Part shown: one piece after another, positions 13,395-27,249 of the stretch
Layout of the letters: every line of letters starts with the position of its first letter
Position numbering within the stretch: position 1 is the stretch's first letter
Assembly (NCBI GenBank): GCA_951406725.2
Contig: OX597832.1
Coordinates: 70,928,001 to 70,992,000, forward strand
Reading direction: 5' to 3'
Length of the DNA stretch: 64,000 nucleotides
DNA from: Octopus vulgaris
Taxonomy: Eukaryota
Notes under the pieces: model-generated
The model's input: only the letters and a program-made list of their open reading frames with translations
Told to the model about the DNA's origin: nothing
Database searches by the model: none
Position numbers and translations under genes: made by a program

Positions 13395-14278
13395 TATCCC
13401 TCACAGTAATTCAATATGATTTTTAATCGTGACACATCAGATGCTGTAGTTTTAGATACTCCTAAGATTGGATGGATACAGCTGGAATAAGTTTGATTAA
13501 TGGTCTGTTCGATCAGGGATGACTTAGAACTCGTTAACAGCAAAGGCGAGTCGGGCAAAATGTTTCGCAGCATTCTTCTGATTTTTTATGTATTGAGATA
13601 AAATCCATTCCATGTCAACTTTCCAGATCAATAGACACCAGCTATATACTGAGGTAGATGTAATCGATTAGTCCCTCCAACTAAAAGTACCAAATTCGGA
13701 AACCCTATATTTTGTAATAACTCTCGGGGTCTTGAATTCGGACAAAAAGAAAAAACAATTTTATTGGAAAGATTCTTTAATCGATGCCATCAACCCCTAG
13801 TATTTTACTGGTACTTTTTATTATATTTAACCCAGATATGAAAAACATTGTTGACCACAGGTTCTCATAGCCCCGGGGTCGATAAGTTAGAGACACAATT
13901 AAATACTGAGATCGATATAATGGACAAACTTTCTGGCTTGGTACCCATATTACATATAATTATTACTGTACAGAAAAGTTTAACCGAAAACCGAGTTTTG
14001 GGATTCCTGTTTTCCAGTCATTTCTGGCGACACCACGTCTTACTTCTTTTCCAAACATGTTTTGATATAAAAACAACTGGCATTGTTTTATTTTCTCGTT
14101 TCATTAGATATATTTTTATACTTGTTTGGCAGAACAGAATATATAGAACTCAGCACATTTTATATATATATATATATACGCTTATAAATACACACATATA
14201 TATATATATATATATATATTATTAGTGAATTGAAGAAATGGAGTTGAACGAAGATTGAACAGAAATCGTTTTATTGCA

Positions 14279-14358
14279 TTCTACACGTGTTTCGAAAGGC
14301 ACAATTTACCAAATTCCGATTGAATAAGGAGACCATATTGTGTCTTTCTCTTCAGGAA
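14279..14358 (-). ncRNA. Type I hammerhead ribozyme with long stem II
   Basis: Minus strand reads TTC-CTGAAGA-GAAAGACACAAT...ATTGTGCCTTTC-GAAA-CACGTG-TA-GAA. Confidence 0.8.
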
Positions 14359-14912
14359 GAAATAGGAAATCCGTTGGAAAAAACAAAAACAGAACAGAGG
14401 CGGAGCAAAACAAATCGAACGAGGCTCCTAAGAGCCCATGGCCAAACTGTTTATCAATGTATGTTGAGAACGGGTGGTGGGTGCGTTGAAGATTTTAACG
14501 GGTCAGGCAGCGGTCATTCCGGTGGGTGAGAGCACGGGGTGCTTAGATGTTCTTTGTGACCGAGACTAGAGTTCTGACTATTTAAAGAATATTAGGTGTA
14601 TTATATGGGGCGAGGTAAACTCTACTTAGAAACATGTGTGTGTGTACTGTTCTATATATGCGCAGCCGCAAATTGGTAAGAAGCGCTACACTCTGGTCAC
14701 TGCTGAGAAATCCGTCAGGGGGTAGAAAATATTTTATATGTTCGTATGTGCGTTTGATCGCGCGGCCGTCAGTTGGTAAACAGCCCTACACAATGGTCAT
14801 TGCTGTAAAATCTGTCGGGCGGCAGAAAAATATTTTATGTGTTCGCACACATAAAAGGTATCGGTTAAACTTTTGATTAATCTGCAACAAGATTATTCAT
14901 CTTTCTATTTCA

Positions 14913-14993
<81 letters not shown>

Positions 14994-15024
14994 TGTATGT
15001 ATGTATATAAATATATGTATTATG

Positions 15025-15088
<64 letters not shown>

Positions 15089-15227
15089 ACGGAGATGTAC
15101 TTGCATAGCAAGTGATTTGATCTGAGATCGTGTGCTGAAACGAAAACAATTGCAGCGTGGAAGGTGTTTGTAAGCCATTTAAGAAACACACAAAAGCCGT
15201 TCGATTCACTTCAACATTTAAGTTTAA

Positions 15228-15278
15228 TTTGTCAAAATATTTTCGTCGCTTTCAGACCGCGACCTGTTCACTGACAAA
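15228..15278 (-). ncRNA. Hammerhead-like ribozyme with G3/C8 core swap (inverted copy)
   Basis: Minus strand reads TTTGTCA-GTGAACA-G-GTCGC-ggtctgaaa-GCGAC-GAAA-ATAT-TT-TGACAAA. Confidence 0.65.
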
Positions 15279-15429
15279 AATCCGTGCTGCTTTGGAAGCA
15301 AAGTTTACTCTTACTAAATCCAAGCTTCTATCAACCTTCTCTAATTACACCCAAAGGCATATACAAGAATGATCAATAAATAAGACCCACGTTCTTGACA
15401 CCAAAATTAAGAGGGATGCAGCACGGATT

Positions 15430-15480
15430 TTTGTCAGTGAACAGGTCGCGGTCTTAAAGCGACGAAAATATTTTGACAAA
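15430..15480 (+). ncRNA. Hammerhead-like ribozyme with G3/C8 core swap
   Basis: TTTGTCA-GTGAACA-G-GTCGC-ggtcttaaa-GCGAC-GAAA-ATAT-TT-TGACAAA: 7-bp stem I, 5-bp stem II, palindromic AATATT stem III. Confidence 0.65.
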
Positions 15481-15559
15481 TTAAACTTAAATGTTGAAGT
15501 GAATCGAACGGCTTTTGTGTGTTTCTTAAATGGCTTACAAACACCTTCCACGCTGCAAT

Positions 15560-15613
<54 letters not shown>

Positions 15614-15623
15614 TGTATGTATA

Positions 15624-15691
<68 letters not shown>

Positions 15692-15741
15692 GTATGTATT
15701 TATCTATGTATCTATATATGTATATATTAACTTACGTATAT

Positions 15742-17925
15742 ATGTTTCGACCAAAGATTGATCCAGGCCATGTCTAACTTAATAGCACCACCTGAAGGAT
15801 TATCTAAATCCTGTTTAAGTCAAGTTTTGTTTATGATCCATTCAAGTAGTGAGTTCGTGTTGAGTGAGTTGTAACCAAGTATGGGTGGCTTATCCGGTAT
15901 TCCTTGAAATAAATCTGTCCAGACTCCGTTCAAAGGTGATGGGATCCTTTTCCTCTTTGATCTCTTTTGGGACAATGTTAAGCAGGGCAGGGCCTGTTGA
16001 GGAAAAGAAATTGTGTCGCAGTGTACCTATATGTTGTGATCCTCAATTGGGCAGGGGACGTATAGCCTGTGGTCCCAGCTTTGGATGGATTTTGAAACTA
16101 ATGTTCAGGTCATTTGGGTAATATGCTGGCGGTATATTCTTCACAAGGCGGCGAGCTGGCAGAAACGTTAGCACGCCGGGCGAAATTCTTAGCGGTATTT
16201 CCTCTGCGTTACGTTGTGAGTTCAAATTCTGCCGAGGTCGACTTTGCCTGTCATCCTTTCGGGGTCGATAAATTAAGTACCAGTTACGCACTGGGGGTCG
16301 ATGTAATCGACTTAATACCTATGTCTGTCCTTGTTTGTCCGCAGTGTGTTTAGCCCCTTGTGGGTAATAAAGAAATAGGCATATTCTTCACATTGTACAA
16401 ATGAATTACCGCTCGCGGCGATGCTGGAGTGAGTAGAGTTTCAAGGCTTTAAGGCGATCGCAAAAACCGAGGTCAGTCTTGCCTTCAATTCGTTTACAGA
16501 GTGCCCTCTGGGGTAATTCAATCTTCGAGATGTTTTGTTTTGTATGGGGAGACCACAAGAAGCAGTAGGATTCGAGGTATGGCCGTACAAGGGAGGAGAA
16601 AAGTGGAATGATGGCACTTGTTCTCTGAACCGGAAGGTTCTTAAGATCCAGGAGCTCATCCTACGAGCTATATCGACTTTAGTGTTGATGTGGGCACTCC
16701 AACTGAGATATTTGTCTACAATTATACCGAGGTCTCTGATATTATTAGATGCCGTGAGCGGTTCTCTTGAAGGAAGAGAGTATGGCTATTTTAGTATAGA
16801 CTTTCTTCCAAAATGCATCAGCTCAAGTTTTCCCTCGTTTAGTTGCATTTTGTTTTTGTCTGCCCATTGACTCATCGCATATAGATCAGACTGGAGTTGA
16901 GTTCGGTCTTCTTCTTCATTGGTGATTTACTGGAGCTTAGTGTCATCAGCAAATATGTTCACTTTGCAGTGATTTACGACGCTGGAAAGGTCATTTATGT
17001 AAATTATAAAGAGGAGCGGGCCCAAGACAGTCCCCTGAGGGACATCACTGGTGCCTTTTGCTGGGCTTGAGTGGATTCCATAAACCACAACATGTTGTAT
17101 TCTATTCGGCAGGAAATACTTAATCCAGTGTAGAGGTTTTCCATGGATTCCAATATTTGCCAATTTTGAGAGTAAGATATTATGGTCAACCCTGTCGAAC
17201 GCTTTACTAAAGTCAAGATATATGACATCAGACTTCGAACCTGTTCCCAAGGCTTTAAGTATATCTTCAATGTGGTCTAAGAGCTATGTTAGACAGGTCT
17301 TTCCACAGCGAATGCCATGCTGATTTGCATTTAGGAGTTTGTGGATCTCCAGGAAGTCAGCTATCCTTGATCTTACCACTCTTTAAAACACTTTAATGAT
17401 GTAGGAGATGAGTAAGATTGGGCGATAGTTGACTGCGAAGGATCTGTTTCCCTGCTTGAAAACTAGGATGACAGACTGGGCTAGGACCTGTTTCAGTATA
17501 TAATCTGAGTCTAAAGAATTTCTCCAGAGGTTGGTCAGAGGGACTGTAAGTTGGTGTCTACATTCCTTCAGGAGACTAGCGGGGATCTATCAGGGCCTAC
17601 AGCAGAATAGTATTTGACCTCATTTATTGCTGCTATGATGTCTGAGGCAGTGAAGGTTATATCCGAGATTTTATTTTAGGAATCAACTTCGTTCGCTTCT
17701 CTTACATCAATATCAGTGGGATCACTAAAGACAGAGCAGTATTGTTTCTGCAGTATTTCTGCCATTTCTTTAGCATCGTGTTGGGGAATGCCGTTATCAT
17801 CGATCAATGGCCCAATGGGTGAGACAGCAGTTCTATGCTTATTTGCATAATAATAGAACAGTTTTGGATTCTGTTTGATGTTTTTGATTACCCACTGTTC
17901 CTCCGCAGCTCTTTAATTTTCAATG
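15742..17925 (-). mobile_element. 5'-truncated CR1/L2-group LINE (RT pseudogene), interrupted by a SINE
   Basis: DVIYLDFSKAFDRVDH, VPQGTVLGPLLFIIYIND, FADDTK, and upstream IKQNPKLFYYY. The 3' UTR matches 47405-47610. Confidence 0.9.
16146..16380 (+). mobile_element. SINE family B, young full-length copy with TSD, nested in the LINE
   Basis: aggcggcgagctggcagaaacgttagc...gagttcaaattctgccgaggtcgactttgcc. TSD atattcttcaca at 16134-16145 and 16381-16392. Confidence 0.9.
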
Positions 17926-18709
17926 GAGGTTTTCATGTCAGTCTGCAGGTGAAGTTTTACACGTGTATATATATATATGCATGTATGTATGTATGTATGT
18001 ATGTATGCATGTATATATATGTGTGTGTATATGTATATATAGAGAGAGAGATAGAGACAGACAGACAGACAGACAGACAGGCAGGCAGACAAAGAAACAG
18101 AGATAGATAGTTATTTGAGAGTGATTATCAATCCAGGCCTAATACTTCATAAAGCTCTCTCTCTTTCTCTCTCTCCCCTCTCCCCCTCTCTCTCTCCTGG
18201 TACACCAAATTAGCAATATTGTTTAGATTAAGTAAAGAACACCGCGTAGTCTTGTGGCAGGATCCAAGTTTATGTTTCATCTCCATTCTGTATTGAAAAT
18301 CCGTGCTTGTCATCCATTTATACTCGTTTTGACACAAAGTCATATACAAGGGAAGCTTTAAATAATGATCACTAAATACTTTTTCTTTGTTGAAAAACAA
18401 AAAAAATGCGTATTCTGATTTGTTCTAACCAAAAATGACTCTGTTGAAAATAGCATTGACTTTTTTTGGGCGTTCAGTTTTTCTCAACCGATCAATCGAG
18501 CGATTGAGTAAACCAATCAATAACAAACCTATCACAACTACTGGAAACAGCTGTAAGCCAAATTCACTACAATAAAGAAAAAATATGTAATAATCATCAT
18601 TTATACATTGTTTTACATATATATATTACATGAAGAATTAACGACCCTCTCTGTCTTATACGCATACGTTTTTCACCTGTCGTTGTTTATTTACAATGCA
18701 TTTTTTCAT

Positions 18710-18764
<55 letters not shown>

Positions 18765-18899
18765 CTTATATTCTGTTAAACACTTTGTAGTATGTTGATT
18801 AAAGCTCATCCACAGTATTCGGTTACCTAATGTCAACAGTATTGAGGTATATACCACTGGGTTTACGACAGCAATTCCTTTGCGTCCGTAGAATCTTTA

Positions 18900-19331
18900 T
18901 AAAAAATATGAGAGACAGAAAATGGAATTCACAAGACGATCGTTTCAAATCATCATGCTTTTGTACCTTACAGGTAAAGATATTGTACAATCACTTGTCA
19001 TACATTACAGTTGTAGACGCCTCTGCTCAGGTGACTTTTCAAAAAGTACATTGATTTTTACTCGCCGTTTCGCTTATTTTTATAATACATTTTAGTTCCT
19101 CATGGAGACGGATAGTATATTACACGAACTAAATGTATTGTTATGAAAATACGCGAAACGGCAAGTAAAAAACAAGGTACTTTGGAAAAGTCACCTGAGC
19201 AGACGCATCTGTAACTATAATGCATGATAAGTGATTGTACAACATCTTCACCTGCATGATGGGTAGGAACGCCCGTAGTGTTTTTGAAAAAAGAGTTTCG
19301 TGAATTCCATTTTCTGTCTTCCATATTTTTA
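18900..19331. repeat. Diverged ~200-bp inverted repeat (MITE-like foldback)
   Basis: 18900-19098 and 19126-19331 are reverse complements (e.g. gacagaaaatggaattcac / gtgaattccattttctgtc). Confidence 0.8.
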
Positions 19332-19385
19332 TTTTTATTTTATCTAGTTTCAGCTGACGAGCTGTGGCCATGCTGGGGCACCGCC

Positions 19386-19435
<50 letters not shown>

Positions 19436-19900
19436 TGTCTATGCGTGTATTGAGATAGATAGATAAATAGAGAGAGAGAGAGATTGAGAGAAAGAAAGAG
19501 AGTTTAAGTCGACAGAAAGTTTACCAAAGTGACTCAACGAGTGAGAGTTCCCTACAAGTAGGAAACTCTCGGCCCTTGAGTCAAATTCTCTGTCGAATAA
19601 AAATGTATTTCAATAAGTTTCTTAACCACACAACCATTCCGTTCTTTCTTTCTTACTTTATTTATTTATTTATTTAACCATTATATTTCAACCTCAAAAC
19701 TTGAAGAAATCATTCCAAATTAAAGGAGTCTTTCGCCTCGACTGACCGACAAAAGTATCTTTTCGGAAAGCAAAGAATTCTATCGGTTGTTGTCAGTAGT
19801 GCTGGTAGTGGTTGTGGTGGTGGTGGCAGTTTTACTGTTATTGTTATACTTGCATTTGTCGTTGGCGTTGTTGTGGTTGTAATTGCTGCTGTCATTGTCG

Positions 19901-19904
<4 letters not shown>

Positions 19905-19965
<61 letters not shown>

Positions 19966-20940
19966 GGTGGTGGTGGTGGTGGTGGTAGTGATTGTAGCGT
20001 TATTGTTATTGTTGTTGTTTTTGTTTCGCCCTAAGTCATCCTAGGTTAAGTTGATCTATAATCAAAAGGCTTCAAATTGTGACCACCATGTATTTTTATT
20101 CGTGAGGCTTACACTATTGTTGTTGTTGTTGTTGTTGTTGGTTGTGGTGGTGGTGGTGGTGGTGGTGGTGGTGGTGGTGGTGGTAGTGATTGTAGCGTTA
20201 TTGTTATTGTTGTTTTTGTTTCGCCCTAAGTCATCCTAGGTTAAGTTGATCTATAATCAAAAGGCTTCAAATTGTGACCACCATGTATTTTTATTCGTGA
20301 GGCTTACACTATTTAATGTATCCTTTCTTTATACAAGAAGGTGTGGTAATATTTGAGGAGGGACCGATTTGGTTGTCATTTCTAGATCTTCGAATGATTA
20401 TCTAATGTTCCGTCGTTTGGCTCTGAAAGAAAGTAGAAGTGGCTAAGTTCGCGGTGGAGTACAGGGACGTTTTTTTTCTGCTAATTATTGACTTCACTTC
20501 TGATGTAAATGAGAAAACAGCTAAAAACAGACCTGACTGCACAACCCTTGAGTTAAAGAGTGTCCAGTCGTGACCATCCCTTATTTTTGTATATCTGTAT
20601 CGATATTATCGAATATGTCCTTCCGTTCTGGTATGATTTGAGGGAGATTTGATTGCTATTTCTAGTCATTTAATCGACCACATAGGGGATCCCTTTCCAT
20701 ATCTCGACAACTATGATGCTGCTCTTTAACCCTAGATCAGCCCTGATTGGAGCTATGATCAAAGGCTTTTCAACCACGACCATTCAATCTCCCTTTCAGG
20801 GATCATAGATTATCAAGGAGTACTACTGTAATATATGGTCCTTCGTTTGTTTTTAAGACGGTAGGGGGACATTTGAGGGTGATATGGTTACTATTGCTCG
20901 TAGGACGAATGACTGCTCACAGGCTTCATCACTGTCTCGG
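19905..20940 (+). repeat. ~190-bp tandem duplication followed by three degenerate copies of a third interspersed repeat (family C)
   Basis: gtagtgattgtagcg...gaggcttacactat occurs twice. The motif atttgagggag..ttg..gctatttctag recurs near 20350, 20640 and 20870, and also at ~41530 and ~57190. Confidence 0.65.
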
Positions 20941-21257
20941 TATCCAAGATGTTATTTTTGAAGTGGTGGTCATTACAGAAGGAGAAGATGCAGTGATAGT
21001 AACAGCAGCTGTAGAGAGCGACTGTGGGAGGAGAATATTATAGAGAGTGACAGTGGGAGGAAGAGTATGAAAGAGAGGGAGAGTAAGAGAGAGACCGAGT
21101 GAGAGGGAGGGAGAGTGAATAAAAGTGAGATGCTGGATTGACTAAATAGAAAGAGAGAGAGAGAGAAAGAAAGAGAGACAGACAGAGGGAGACTGGATTA
21201 ATAGAGGCGGGAGAAAGAAAGCGTTGTAATAATAGGGGCATTAGCAGTTGAGCAAAT

Positions 21258-21625
<368 letters not shown>

Positions 21626-21710
21626 CGAATAAGTCGACGTATGTTAGAGCTATAGAGTGAGGAACTGTAATGCTGAAGACAGCGGTTGTCGAGGAATGGT
21701 AAATACAGGA

Positions 21711-21741
<31 letters not shown>

Positions 21742-22374
21742 AGGGGGAAGCGAGAGCGTAATAGTTAGGAAAGGGACGAGGTATTATGAAAGACAAGGTA
21801 GCAATAGCAATGTGTGTGTGTGTGAGTGTGTGTGTGTGTGTGTGGAATGACAGCTGCAGCGAATGTTTTGTTGCTGCTGTCTCACCTGAGAGATGGAAGC
21901 AACTGTAGAAGAATGATTTGTAATGATAGAGAGAAGAGTGAAGGGAGGAGGTAGTGTGGTAATGACGGTAGTAGTAACAGGAAGAGGTAGTGAGATAGAG
22001 ATGGTAGTAGTAAAGGGAGGAAGTGTGGTGTTGGAGCTAGTTGCAGTAGAGGGAAGAGGTAGCGTGACAGAGATAGTCGTAGTAGAGGGAAGAGGTGCTG
22101 TGAGAGAGGTGGTGACAGTAGTGGCAGAAGGTGTTGTGAGAGAGGTGGTGACAGTAGTGGGAAGAGATGTTGTTTCTGACGTGGTGGCAGCATTAAGCGG
22201 CAAACTGGAAATCATGAGCGCCGCGACCAAGGTACCTTGCGATATTGATTTCAATCCTTTTTGTTCTGAGTTGTTGGATGCCAGTCTAAATCCCTCCACC
22301 TGGTCCCGAAGTGACTTCAGCGGAGTCAATTGGTTACAAGCATTCGGGACGAGTTTCCGGTTGGAGAATTTTCC

Positions 22375-22522
<148 letters not shown>

Positions 22523-22970
22523 TTTTGTGTCAGAGAAATAGGTTGCCCAAGTAGTGAGGTGTTGCGATGGAGGTGGTAGCAGTAGAAGGAAGAGGTAATG
22601 GGACATAAGCAGTGGCGGGAGAGGGGGGGAGAAGACGTGATCGAAAAATAGAAACAAGAGGGAAGGTAGTGGTAGAGGAGAAGGATGAGACAGAATGTGA
22701 GGGAGATGGAAGTAAAAGAGAGAAAGGAAGGAAGGAAAAGGAAAAGTAACTGAAGAAGAGAGAGAGAGGTTGGGCTGGTTGATAGAGGAGATGAGTTCAG
22801 GTACAGTATTTCATTTTACTTTATTTACCTGTATTTTATTAGGTTAATAAGATTTAATCTTTATTTAATTTGTATTTATATTCCTTCCTTTTTCTCTCAT
22901 TTCTATTATATTCAGAATATTAATGATAACTCTAAAGAGTTTTAATGTTTTTCTGTGGGTTTCTTTAAAG

Positions 22971-23130
22971 GTAATTTAAAAATCGATGATCAGATATCCG
23001 GACCATTCAGTCAGCGGGCACCCACCTGCGGTCCCGTTGGTGCTGGACAGGAAGGCGTTTGCTGTCCCTTCGTACCCGCCATCGGTTTCGGAGACCCTGT
23101 AGAGGAACGTCGGAACAACCTTCTTTCATG
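22971..23130 (+). other. Candidate host exon (unique, GC-richer)
   Basis: ttctttaaag acceptor and gtaaaa donor. One frame is open (GNLKIDDQISGPFSQRAPTCGPVGAGQEGVCCPF...). No homology recognised. Confidence 0.25.
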
Positions 23131-23204
23131 GTAAAAAGATTTAAAAATAAAAAAGGATGGCGGTTGTGGGAAGTGGAGAAGGGGATGAACAGATTGCCAT
23201 CTTA

Positions 23205-23400
23205 TATTTGTTTTAATCATTAGACTGTGGTCATGTTGGGGCACCGCCTTGAAGGGTTTAGTCAAATGATTCGAACTCACTGCTTACTTTTTAAGTCTGG
23301 TACTCAGTCTATCAGTCACTTTTACCGAACTGCTAGTTTACGGGGACATAAATAAACCAACACAGGTTGTCAAAATTTGGTAAGCGGATAAATACAAAGC
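23205..23400 (-). mobile_element. SINE family A, degenerate 3' half
   Basis: ggtcatgttggggcaccgccttgaagggtttagtc...tttacggggacataaataaaccaacac. Confidence 0.7.
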
Positions 23401-23408
23401 ACACGCAC

Positions 23409-23446
<38 letters not shown>

Positions 23447-23569
23447 CTATGTATGAAAGTATATATATTGGCCCTGGATATCTTGCTCTGGCATGTCTCT
23501 GGATTATGTTACTTGGGTGCAGAGGGTCGGTGAGGTGTTGTCTTAGCCTTATTGGATCAAACATTGTAG

Positions 23570-23669
23570 GTTACGCAATCGTCGGTCGAGGTTGAGGGCG
23601 CCGCAGCCAATATGGCAGCTACGAATGCAAACACGGGAGAAGCGCCGACTGGTGGTATCTCATGCACAG
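23570..23669 (+). other. Candidate host exon (phase-compatible with 22971-23130)
   Basis: ttgtag acceptor and cag|gtaata donor. Open frame LRNRRSRLRAPQPIWQLRMQTREKRRLVVSHAQ. Confidence 0.2.
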
Positions 23670-23925
23670 GTAATACTAATAATCTGCAGCATGGTTAATG
23701 GTTAGTATTGGTATGTATACATGTATGTATGTATGTATGTATGTATGTATGTATGTATGTATGCATGTATGTATGTATATACATATATATACATACATAT
23801 ACATATGTATGTGTATATGTATATATATATGTGTGTGTGTGTATGCATATATGTATATATATACATATATAAGTACATATACATGTTTATATATGTGTGT
23901 GTACGTGTGCGTGCGCGCGTGTATG

Positions 23926-23976
<51 letters not shown>

Positions 23977-23990
23977 GCGTGTGTGTATAG

Positions 23991-24021
<31 letters not shown>

Positions 24022-24120
24022 TAATCCAAACATGAAGACACAAAGAGAAAACACAACAACGCGAGGACGTGGAACAAATATAGTATTATTGGAGGCTCAG
24101 GAAAAAAGGGAAGAAGGAGG

Positions 24121-24155
24121 GTTTAACGTTTCGAGCGGAGCTCTTCGTCAGAAAC
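24121..24155 (-). ncRNA. Ultra-minimal type I hammerhead ribozyme
   Basis: Minus strand reads GTTT-CTGACGA-A-GAGC-tcc-GCTC-GAAAC-GTT-AAAC. It lies in a ~210-bp element (24018-24230) that ends in (TA)n. Confidence 0.75.
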
Positions 24156-24628
24156 ATACGAAAAGGAAAGATCCAGAGAAGGGAAGACGAGGAAAAAAAA
24201 ATCGCCAACGGTACACACGCGGTCACATTTGACGGAGTTCCACGCAGTTTCCGTCTTCCAAATTCACTCACAAAGTGTTAGTCGAGCTGGGGGCTGCTGT
24301 AAAAGACCCTTGGCCAATGTGCTGTGCAGTGGAACTGAACCCGAAACACGAGGGTTGTAAAGCGAGATTCGTAATTACACAGTCAGATGGTTTTTATGCT
24401 TGAAAAGTTGTCCAACATCTTGACGAAGAAAGAGGGAAACTGGAGCAGAAGTAGCGGTGGGAGAGATAGTAGTTGCATGGGGAGGGAGGAGATGATGTGA
24501 AGGAGAAGGTTGCAGTAATGGACGCGGGATTGTGATTGAGAGACAGTGGGAGGAGAAGGAAGGGATGTTGCGATGGAGGTGGTAGCAGAGAGGGAGATGA
24601 AGCCTAAAGTAGAAGAGAGAGAAAAAGA

Positions 24629-24694
<66 letters not shown>

Positions 24695-24995
24695 GGGAGG
24701 AGGAGCGTATATGGCAGCGGTAGTCATACAACAGTACTGCTACCAACAACAATAGCAGCAGTAGCAGCAGTAGTATCAATTAAAGGGACGATAACAACAA
24801 CAAGAAGCAATGACCATATCAACATCAGTTTACAGCTGCATAGCAACAGAAGCAATCGTAACAACACCAACAACGCTATCAACAGTTGTGCTATCTCTCA
24901 GTATTAGCAACAACAGGTGTCGCATAAACATAGCAACATCAGATGTTAATAACTTGAAAGGCAACAGAAAGAATAGAGGCGGTGGCGGCGGCAGC

Positions 24996-25032
<37 letters not shown>

Positions 25033-25879
25033 GCAACAAACACAGGAGATGGATCCACGTCAATTTCGAGGACGGCTCTTGACATTTTATTTTTACTTTT
25101 CAGTCACGTGACCTCCCCAACCCCACGCATATTGAATTATTCTGTTAGTGGCTGAGTACTCCATACACACCCGTGTACGTGAAATAATTGTTCGGCAGAT
25201 TCAGCGTGAGATCGTGTGTGACAAGGCTGTGCTTTCAATTACGGATACAATCCATTGAACAAGCTTCAGCACGATATCCGCCCCTGTAATTTCATCCACA
25301 TTGATCAGAAACAGTTAAAAACAAAACGCCTCAATCGCTCTGAAGCAGAATGGAACCTTGGACGTCGCGACTGCAAAGCGAACTTTTAACCATTCCACCA
25401 CGCTGCGATCAACTGCCATACTACGGCCATTTTGGGGCAGCATCTGCCCCCGCAAAATCGAACTCCGTACTTGTTTTTAAGTTTGATATTTATATCAGTC
25501 TCTTTTTCGAACTGCTAGGTTACAAGGACATAAACAAACCAAGCTAAGGAGAACAAACACAAGCACGCACAAGTATATACATGCATATGTGTATGTGTGT
25601 GTGTGTATGTATGTACGTATGTATGTATGTATGTATGTATGTATGTATGTATGTATGTATGTATGTATGTATGTATGTATGTATGTATGTATGTATGTAT
25701 GTGTATGTGTATGTGTAAAATTTCTTTTTACCACGTTCCATATCTTCTTAAATATGGATAGAACGTATTAGATAATGTGATTTCATATATATCTCTCCTG
25801 AAGTATGGTTGGTCACGGTTGAAACGCTTTTGATCATAGAGCTGTCCGATCATATTTCACTTTGAAAGTGTGCGTTTGT

Positions 25880-26450
25880 ATGTGAATGTTTGTTTTGGGC
25901 AACATACGCAACAATTCTCGCTCTTTTTCTCTAATATCTGTGAACGCCAATCCAAATTTGACCCCATACAACATCTCTTACAAACACGCACACCTCCTAT
26001 TCCTCCTCAATACAGAAATATCTTTTATCTCAAATCCAACTCATCGATCTTCACTACAAGGTGCAGTCCTTAATGCGTTGTGGTCGCTACGCATATAGAG
26101 AAATAACGTATTCTAAATTTATCATAAAACAACTAAGATCTTTTTACAACCATCACACTTCTCTATACATCAGGGAACGTACTGCTTTTTTTCTCATTTT
26201 AGTCATAATGTTCCTTTAAAAGACGATCTTAAAGTACAGTTAATTTGATAAATTTGACATCTTTTATTACAACGACAACAGCATTGCTCAGACTTCCTTG
26301 CCATTCTTTAAAAACCAAACGTTGATGGTTGACCACGCAGTGTATGCACAACATCTTAGAGCATTTTATAAATAAGTCCCCGACCCCTTATATCTACCCA
26401 TCCCACTTACCACCACATAGACAGCGCCATCTGCCAAATAGGTTATTATT
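25880..26450 (-). pseudogene. Probable Merlin (IS1595-like) transposase remnant
   Basis: Ordered degenerate motifs RWRCLC, YREV*, GLHLVVKIDE and GGVRVC, matching the Merlin pattern WRC...REVC...GPG.VEIDES...GVWVFG. Confidence 0.45.
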
Positions 26451-27249
26451 TTTCCATGTGAAATATTACTTATCTAATGATTAGTACCAAATTCCTCAAA
26501 AGTTGTTTTAACTTGCGGTGACCGACATAAGTCTTCGAGTAAAATGCTGTGCTCCTTGGAGCAAATTACCATCTTAAAACTTAACAAATGTCATCAGAAG
26601 AACTTCATTACCCCTTAAAATAGAACCTGTTTGAAAGACAAACTGCTTCATTTGTAACCCTTTTTCTCTTCTTCAGTACGCATTTCCTCAATGCAATTCG
26701 ATATTGTAGATTTACACCAAAAGGATGGCATTGGCCAACTTCATGTCCTACCTGCTTCACAGCAGCTGAAATCACAAGTAACTTAGGAATAACAATTCAT
26801 CAGTGATTCTTGTGACTTGCTTAACTTATGAAATCATTCGGGAAAATCTCAAGAGATGCAGCAAAACCGTTGTTTACTTCAAACTAAAACATTGATTCAA
26901 TATTTTTTTCCTCGGAAATAATCTTTCAGTTCACTTTTTTTTTTACCCTACGGAATTTGTTGCTTTAAAATTTTCTGTTTTGTCTTTAAATGACTTTGAG
27001 TCTTATATGTCGCATGTTGTCATCAGAAAATGTTGCAGCTATGCGTGTATGACGCATTGGCTTTGTAAATGGTTTCTGGTGATGAAATAAAACCGTAGGC
27101 GAGAGATTCAATGGAATATTGTCGACTCTTTTTCATCACCACAAGAACCATGCATAATCTGTAATCACAGTAAAATAACCAATTTGATACCATCTTCAAG
27201 AAAAACTCGTCTGGAGAGATTCGCCTAAAGATCGCAGTGATGCGAAATT

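Larger units (their letters stand above)
15086..15562. mobile_element. ORF-less foldback element (145-bp arms 15146-15290 / 15418-15562) in (TA)n
   Basis: The arms are near-perfect reverse complements, and the ORF track shows the same peptide on both strands. Flanked by long (TA)n on both sides. Confidence 0.9.
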
